In this document: piece after piece, positions 26,919-32,000 of the stretch
Numbering within the stretch: the stretch's first letter is position 1
Layout of the letters: each line of letters starts with the position of its first letter
DNA from: Promethearchaeia archaeon
GTDB taxonomy: Archaea > Asgardarchaeota > Lokiarchaeia > Sigyniarchaeales > SOKP01
Assembly (NCBI GenBank): GCA_046497275.1
Contig: JAWOFX010000111.1
Coordinates: 1 to 32,000 of the forward strand
DNA length: 32,000 bases
Reading direction: 5' to 3'
Program-made: the position numbers and the translations under genes
Notes under the pieces: generated by a model
The model's input: the letters and a program-made list of their open reading frames with translations, nothing else
What the model was told of the DNA's origin: nothing
The model's database searches: none

Positions 26919-26936
26919 ATACGAAAAAATTCGTAT
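26919..26936. promoter_or_regulatory. Inverted repeat ATACGAA-N4-TTCGTAT, putative operator
   Basis: Perfect 7-4-7 inverted repeat containing C/G in an AT-rich divergent intergenic region between the ICMT-like gene and the wHTH regulator. Confidence 0.5.
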
Positions 26937-27005
26937 AAAAGCAAGGATTGTATATTAATTAATAAAGAAATATTTCCGCTCAATTAAATTGTAATTTGAA
27001 TTGTT

Positions 27006-27467
27006 ATGAAGTATTATGAAAAAATCAATAAAGCCCTCGGATGCCTTAAATCGGCAAAAAGGTTCAAAATATTAAATCTATTATTAGAATACAATGATGG
27101 GCTACATTTTAATGAGATCGCAGAAGAATTATCCATAATTCCTTCAACATTGGAATATCATCTTAGAAATTTAGAAAAACAAAACCTCATCACACATTTT
27201 GATAATGTCTATATTAAAAATGCCTATTCAAAATTAGTATGGAACTTATGTGAATCTCTTTACAAGCTTAATCCAATGATACCATATCTAAAAACTCATA
27301 AACTACCGATAAATGATCCTAATTTTTTACTGAATTTCACCAATTCCAATCCAATAATCCTTCCAGATTTAATTTCTATGTTAACCTTGATGAAGGAACT
27401 AGTTACGAGTAAATTTTCAAGATTTAGAATCGCTGGATCCTTTAATTTAGAATTTAAATTCAGCTAA
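27006..27467 (+). CDS. ArsR-like winged-helix transcriptional regulator, probably C-terminally truncated
   Basis: KRFKILNLL…LHFNEIAEELSIIPSTLEYHLRNLEKQNLI wHTH, followed by a segment (YLKTHKLPI) that ends abruptly. Confidence 0.75.
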   Translation: MKYYEKINKALGCLKSAKRFKILNLLLEYNDGLHFNEIAEELSIIPSTLEYHLRNLEKQNLITHFDNVYIKNAYSKLVWNLCESLYKLNPMIPYLKTHKLPINDPNFLLNFTNSNPIILPDLISMLTLMKELVTSKFSRFRIAGSFNLEFKFS

Positions 27468-27560
27468 AAGTGTTTTATTTCTTTCTTTTTAATAATAAAA
27501 CATATTAAATCGCTAATATTATTCAATACAGCGTATTCAAATTATATATTTTTCTAAAAT

Positions 27561-28322
27561 ATGGATAAAGAAAAGCTCCAAAAAGCAGCAGATATCATAA
27601 AAAATTCGAATCATATTGTAGTATTTTCTGGGGCAGGTATTTCTACCGAATCTGGGATACCTGATTTTCGAAGTGAAGCAGGACTTTGGTCGAAATATGA
27701 CCCAAACATCTATGCTAATTATAATTATTTCTTAAAAGATCCAACGCCTTTTTGGACCATGCATAACGAATTGACAGAAGAATTGGAGGAAGCGAAGCCT
27801 AATGCGGCCCATAAGGCAATTGCTGAGCTAGAAAAAATGGGGAAAGTGAAAGCAATAATTACTCAAAATGTTGATATGCTACATCAACGTGCGGGAAGTG
27901 GAACTTATGAAGATATTCCTATTTATGAACTCCATGGTGCTTATGGAAAATTAAAATGTATTAAATGTGGGAAAGAATATGAATTTGATGAAATTGATAC
28001 CAAAAATGTTGATTATCCTGTCTGTGAGGAATGTTCCGGTTATATAAAACCGAAAGTTATACTGTTTGGAGAATCCTTACCGAGTGGAACTATAGATGCC
28101 GCAATAAATTCAGTAATGAAAGCTGATTGTTTTATTATGGTAGGAAGTTCTCTCTTAGTCACTCCCGCGAATTTCTTACCCCCACTTGCAAAACGAAATA
28201 ACGCAAAAGTAATCTTCATAAATAAAGAGGACACAATGATGGATGAGATTGCTGATGTTTTTTTAAAGGGGAGTGCCGGAAAAATCTTTAAAAAATTAAT
28301 GGACAGAATTAAAACTAGTTAA
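27561..28322 (+). CDS. cobB: NAD-dependent protein deacylase (Sir2 family)
   Basis: GAGISTESGIPDFR, PNAAH, TQNVDMLH, HG, Zn pairs CIKC/CEEC, KPKVILFGE, VGSSL and IN. Confidence 0.95.
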   Translation: MDKEKLQKAADIIKNSNHIVVFSGAGISTESGIPDFRSEAGLWSKYDPNIYANYNYFLKDPTPFWTMHNELTEELEEAKPNAAHKAIAELEKMGKVKAIITQNVDMLHQRAGSGTYEDIPIYELHGAYGKLKCIKCGKEYEFDEIDTKNVDYPVCEECSGYIKPKVILFGESLPSGTIDAAINSVMKADCFIMVGSSLLVTPANFLPPLAKRNNAKVIFINKEDTMMDEIADVFLKGSAGKIFKKLMDRIKTS

Positions 28323-28337
28323 TTTTTCTAATTTTTA

Positions 28338-28685
28338 CTATTTGGGCATATAAAATTTACATACTTCACATTGTTGAACTTTCAGTCTTTGTCCAGGATT
28401 AAGGATTATATATTTCTCATTCATATTTCCACCACATTTAGGACAGAGCTTAGAAAAGTTTTCCCTGATTGAATTTAAGACCTTTTGAATCCCTTTTTCA
28501 AGCTTTAATATTTCCTTCGCATTTTCAATTATCTGCTTTGCGGAGATATCTCCAATCCCTTTTATCCATGCTAATTCTTCAGGTGTGGATTTGGCTATCT
28601 CTTCAATTGAATTTACACCTGCCTGTTGTAAACGTGATGCTGAAACTGGACCTATTCCCTTTACGCGAATTAATTCATCAGACAT
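28338..28685 (-). CDS. Helix-hairpin-helix (RadA/Rad51 N-terminal-like) protein with a C-terminal zinc ribbon
   Basis: Two HhH motifs (VKGIGPVSA, IKGIGDISA) separated by AGVNSIEEIA, then CPKC-x21-CEVC. Confidence 0.75.
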   Translation of the reverse strand: MSDELIRVKGIGPVSASRLQQAGVNSIEEIAKSTPEELAWIKGIGDISAKQIIENAKEILKLEKGIQKVLNSIRENFSKLCPKCGGNMNEKYIILNPGQRLKVQQCEVCKFYMPK

Positions 28686-28840
28686 AAAGCAAGATTAAAT
28701 TTATAATTGTTATATAAAACCCAAATTTGGATATTCCTTTAATTATACTCTAATATAATTTAAGGATAAAAAATTCCTTATATTTTATAATAAGAAAAAT
28801 AAAAGAAAAAATTTAGTATCTTTTTAGAATTGTTTTTTCT

Positions 28841-29560
28841 TTACTCCAGTTGTCTTCCCACTCCATAATATAGAAGTATTGAGGCAGATATCGTTAAAAC
28901 CAATCCAATTAAAGCAAATAGAGTTCTAACAATTGATTCTGGATCGTTCGTATTATTGAAAAAGAGCAAATATATGAAAATATATAATATGATACATCCA
29001 GCGAGAAAATATCTCCATCTTTGCTTAAGTCTTTCATCTCCAAATTGCGTATAGATTTTCCAAGAATAGTAAAGGGTAGGTATGGTCGAAAATATACTAA
29101 AGATCGCATTTACATAAATATAAAATGGCCATCCCCATCGAGGTGCTCCATCAATGGTAATTTCAACACCTATGTTTGGAATAAAAGCAATAAAAATCAT
29201 TAAGAACAAGAGAATTCCATAACTTACCAGTATTATTAGTTGTTTAGTAGGAGTAATTGCTTTTTCCGATTTTAAGAGTATTAAAATAAAGATAAGCAAG
29301 AAAATTGGAGCATAAAATGAAAACCAATTCGTAATAAAATTTAATACCCTCACAATTGATGGGTCTGCTATAGGAGCATAGATAAAATTTATAAAGAGTC
29401 CAATAGCCTCACAAATATAAAATGCACTGAATATATAGTTTAGCTTTTTATTCTCTCGCTTTATAATTCTATACGCCAAATACAGGAAGAATATAAACAG
29501 TGATCCTTGAACAAAGTATACGGTAATAATCCTAGTTAAAGTTAGAGTAGTTAAAATCAT
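28841..29560 (-). CDS. Seven-TM membrane protein (HisKA_7TM-like sensor fold inferred), no effector domain
   Basis: Seven hydrophobic segments; paralogous to 29680-30390. Confidence 0.75.
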   Translation of the reverse strand: MILTTLTLTRIITVYFVQGSLFIFFLYLAYRIIKRENKKLNYIFSAFYICEAIGLFINFIYAPIADPSIVRVLNFITNWFSFYAPIFLLIFILILLKSEKAITPTKQLIILVSYGILLFLMIFIAFIPNIGVEITIDGAPRWGWPFYIYVNAIFSIFSTIPTLYYSWKIYTQFGDERLKQRWRYFLAGCIILYIFIYLLFFNNTNDPESIVRTLFALIGLVLTISASILLYYGVGRQLE

Positions 29561-29679
29561 ATATTTAAAACCTAATTAAATTTCATTTTATAATAATATG
29601 CAACCTTTTTCTTATTAAAATTTGTGCCAAATTTTGAAAATGGATTAGAATTTTTTACTATTTATTCTCTTCTGAAAAA

Positions 29680-30390
29680 TTAATTAAGTGACTTTCCAAT
29701 GGAAATATAAATAAGATAAACAAAAGGTAGAGAAAGAATGGATGCATACGACCAAATCTGCCTTATTAAGGGATTATTTAAGACAAGGTTGATGCAATTA
29801 CCATAGAATAAGAAAAAATACCCTAAAATCCCCACTAGGAAATATTTCCATTTCTTTTTTAAAATTGTATCTGAAAATTGTTGATACATTTTAAAAGAAT
29901 AGTATAATGTGGGTAAGATTGCTGTATTTCCTATTATTAATACAAAAATAAAGAACTCCAAACTCCATATAGGTTTCCAATTATTAGTTTCATTTATAAT
30001 TACTCCATTTGGTATAAAACAAATTAATACTACGGAAATGAAATATATTATAAATATAATTATAATAACACGTAAACTAACTATTTTTTCTGATTTTGTT
30101 AGAGTAAAAATGAAGAGGAATAAGAAAATTAAAGATAGTGATAGAAAGGAAATCGTTATATAATACAAAATAATAACCACACTTTCTATATATATTAAGG
30201 TATATATAACATTAAAAATAACACCCAATCCACTATTAATATAAAAGCCTCCTAATAGGTAACTTAACCGAGTTGGGTTTCTTCTAAGTATTTTTAGTGT
30301 CATGAATAAATAAGATATCGCATATCCTCCATATACAATATAAACTAAAATGATTCGCGCTAGATCTAATGCAAGATGGATTTGATACAA
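29680..30390 (-). CDS. Seven-TM membrane protein, paralogue of the adjacent gene (TTG start)
   Basis: Shared motifs FY…G…N.IY, KSEK, P.W, PTLYYS.K.Y.QF.D..LK..W.YFL.G and Y…G..L. The start codon is uncertain. Confidence 0.75.
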   Translation of the reverse strand: MYQIHLALDLARIILVYIVYGGYAISYLFMTLKILRRNPTRLSYLLGGFYINSGLGVIFNVIYTLIYIESVVIILYYITISFLSLSLIFLFLFIFTLTKSEKIVSLRVIIIIFIIYFISVVLICFIPNGVIINETNNWKPIWSLEFFIFVLIIGNTAILPTLYYSFKMYQQFSDTILKKKWKYFLVGILGYFFLFYGNCINLVLNNPLIRQIWSYASILSLPFVYLIYISIGKSLN

Positions 30391-30751
30391 ATTATTTTTA
30401 CCCCATTAATGTAATATGCTCTTTCTTTTAATCTTTCAGTGGTTCTATTAGTATTTTTATTATCTTTTAAAGTTGCTGGTTTTCTCTTTCCTATAACAAT
30501 TATATGTAGATGCTAATAAAGATTACTTCTTAGCTTAAAATATATACCCCTTAAGTATTTTCCTACTAATGTTTATTGTAAAAACTTACCATATATATAT
30601 TTTTACATCAGTGAAAAAAAGTTCTTTTTACTTTAAAATAGTTTTTTATCAAAATGTGAATTTTTTTAAAGCAAGCGTATCAGCTAAAACAAATGCATTA
30701 AAAAATATGAAATGATTTATCTAAATACAAATATCTTAATTTTTTCTAACT

Positions 30752-31981
30752 ATGACGGAGTCAACTGATTCAAAATCAACTGATCAAGAAGAACAATTCA
30801 GACAGAAAATACTTAAGAAAGTAGAACACAATGTGAATTATTGCTATAATTGTAATCGCTGTGTGAATGTGTGTCCCTTGGCTAAGTTAAATATATTCTC
30901 CCCTCGTAGGTTGATTAATGATCTTGCGTTTTTATCTTTAAAACAAGCTTTAGAGAATAATAATATTTGGCGATGCCTAACCTGTGGTCAGTGTAGCGAA
31001 TATTGTCCAATGACTACAGCAAAAGAGGGAGTAAATATTCCAGAATTAATTATAGAATTGAGAAAAATCGCTAAAGATTTAGATTATGAAACAGAAAAAA
31101 TTGAACAATGCGAAACACATGAAGGTATATTCCCTCTCATTGCAAGAATTCAAGCAAATAATCCCGATCCGCCTGATAAACTTAGTTTCCTTGAAGGAAC
31201 AGGATTAAAAACATCAAAATCGGGTGAAATCGCATATTTTGTTGGATGCCTTCCAATTATAGAAGATGTGATATATCGATTTCCGTTGAACTACACCAAC
31301 AGCGCAAAATCAATAATTGGATTGCTTAATGAAGCAAACATTACCCCTGTTGTGTTAAATGAGAAATGCTGCGGTCATGATCTATTATGGGGTCAAGCTG
31401 ATGAAGAGAATTATAAAAAATTAGCTGAATATAATGTAAATTTATATAAAAATGCTGGAGTAAAAACCATTATTTTTGGATGTGCCGAAGGCTATAAAAC
31501 GTGGAAATATGATTATCCCAAATATATAGACAATATGGATTTTGAAATTCTTCATTTTACTGAATTTCTTCTTAATAAAGACATTTTTGAGCACCTTCGA
31601 TTTCCTCATGAATTAAATATTAAGGTTACTTATCATGATGCTTGCAGATTAGGGCGTCTTGGAGCAAAATTATATGATCCACCTCGAGAAATAATTAAAA
31701 AGATACCCGGAGTCAAATTAGTAGAAATGGAAAATATCAGAGAGGATGCAAATTGCTGTGGAGTGTCTGCTTTTTCTGGATGTAATGAATTTACTCGAAT
31801 ACTCAGAAAAAATCGAATTGAAGAAGCTGTTAATACTGGCGCAGACTATTTACTTGTATCATGCCCAAAATGTTTAACGCATTTTAATTGTTATCTTAAT
31901 GAGCCTTTATTAGAAGATAAGCCAGAAATCAGAATAATGGATTTAGCTAGCTTTATCGGTGAAGTTCTTTTTTTGTTTTGA
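30752..31981 (+). CDS. hdrD: HdrD-like (HdrC-HdrB fusion type) Fe-S protein with two ferredoxin motifs and two CCG domains
   Basis: CYNCNRCVNVCP, CLTCGQCSEYCP, YFVGC, KCCGHD…GCAEG, TYHDACRLGR and CCG…SCPKC. Confidence 0.85.
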   Translation: MTESTDSKSTDQEEQFRQKILKKVEHNVNYCYNCNRCVNVCPLAKLNIFSPRRLINDLAFLSLKQALENNNIWRCLTCGQCSEYCPMTTAKEGVNIPELIIELRKIAKDLDYETEKIEQCETHEGIFPLIARIQANNPDPPDKLSFLEGTGLKTSKSGEIAYFVGCLPIIEDVIYRFPLNYTNSAKSIIGLLNEANITPVVLNEKCCGHDLLWGQADEENYKKLAEYNVNLYKNAGVKTIIFGCAEGYKTWKYDYPKYIDNMDFEILHFTEFLLNKDIFEHLRFPHELNIKVTYHDACRLGRLGAKLYDPPREIIKKIPGVKLVEMENIREDANCCGVSAFSGCNEFTRILRKNRIEEAVNTGADYLLVSCPKCLTHFNCYLNEPLLEDKPEIRIMDLASFIGEVLFLF

Positions 31982-32000
31982 AAATGAAAAATTAAGTAAC

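Noticed and set aside
27561-28322. Sir2 as part of an anti-phage system (Thoeris, DSR, Sir2-HerA or pAgo-associated)
   Set aside because: It is a canonical ~250-aa zinc-containing CobB-type deacylase with no fused or adjacent TIR, HerA, Argonaute or STAND genes.
2309-30163. Short ORFs in the track that overlap longer genes, mostly on the opposite strand (for example 2309-2521, 2993-3175, 3813-4022, 5456-5668, 6864-7115, 7173-7721, 8091-8291, 9266-9472, 9370-9585, 12070-12387, 14704-14928, 18521-18727, 18749-18940, 19567-19902, 21216-21461, 21921-22415, 23727-24149, 26479-26691, 28040-28234, 28469-28687, 28909-29109, 29021-29203, 29909-30163)
   Set aside because: They lie within or across motif-supported genes, show no recognisable motifs, and have Ser/Ile/Phe-rich shadow-frame composition.
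28841-30390. The seven-TM proteins as microbial rhodopsins
   Set aside because: There is no Lys in the middle of TM7 (no DxxxK or SxxxK motif) and no RYxDW-like helix C motif.
1-32000. tRNA/rRNA genes, CRISPR arrays, IS elements, integrases or prophage genes
   Set aside because: By eye I saw no GC-rich structured RNA islands, regularly spaced repeats, terminal inverted repeats or transposase/integrase motifs. tRNAscan-SE, Infernal and ISEScan were not run.

Overview
Strongly AT-rich, gene-dense chromosomal window, most consistent with an Asgard archaeon of the Lokiarchaeia/Promethearchaeota. This taxonomy is inferred from the gene repertoire (Taw2, a Trm11-like methyltransferase, a stand-alone THUMP protein, an HdrD-like protein, a Loki-style acyl-CoA ligase, tandem 7-TM paralogues) and from AGGTGA/GGAGG-type ribosome-binding sites. 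About 30 CDSs are supported. The left end holds a housekeeping-like block: Pcm-like, rhomboid, Nth, Trm11-like, a GIFT/IFT52-like plus ribbon-helix-helix fusion, and Taw2. The middle holds lipid and carbon metabolism genes and transporters: acyl-CoA ligase, FGGY kinase, HAD, alpha/beta hydrolase, UbiA, ThiD, class III aminotransferase, SLC13-type permease, BtpA-like, Fe-ADH, CaCA exchanger, VOC and PIG-L. The right end holds a pseudogene, an ICMT-like gene divergent from a probably truncated wHTH regulator, Sir2, an HhH-Zn-ribbon protein, two 7-TM paralogues and HdrD. I found no rRNA, tRNA, CRISPR array, transposase or integrase. The most notable observations are: (i) an apparent three-gene operon of a membrane-anchored, sequon-rich Asp-box beta-propeller followed by two 43- and 46-aa tail-anchored microproteins that are absent from the ORF track; (ii) a soluble GIFT-domain/RHH fusion; (iii) an endonuclease III with a natural Cys-to-His change in its [4Fe-4S] motif; (iv) tandem effector-less 7-TM proteins. 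All assignments come from manual motif reading; no database searches were run.
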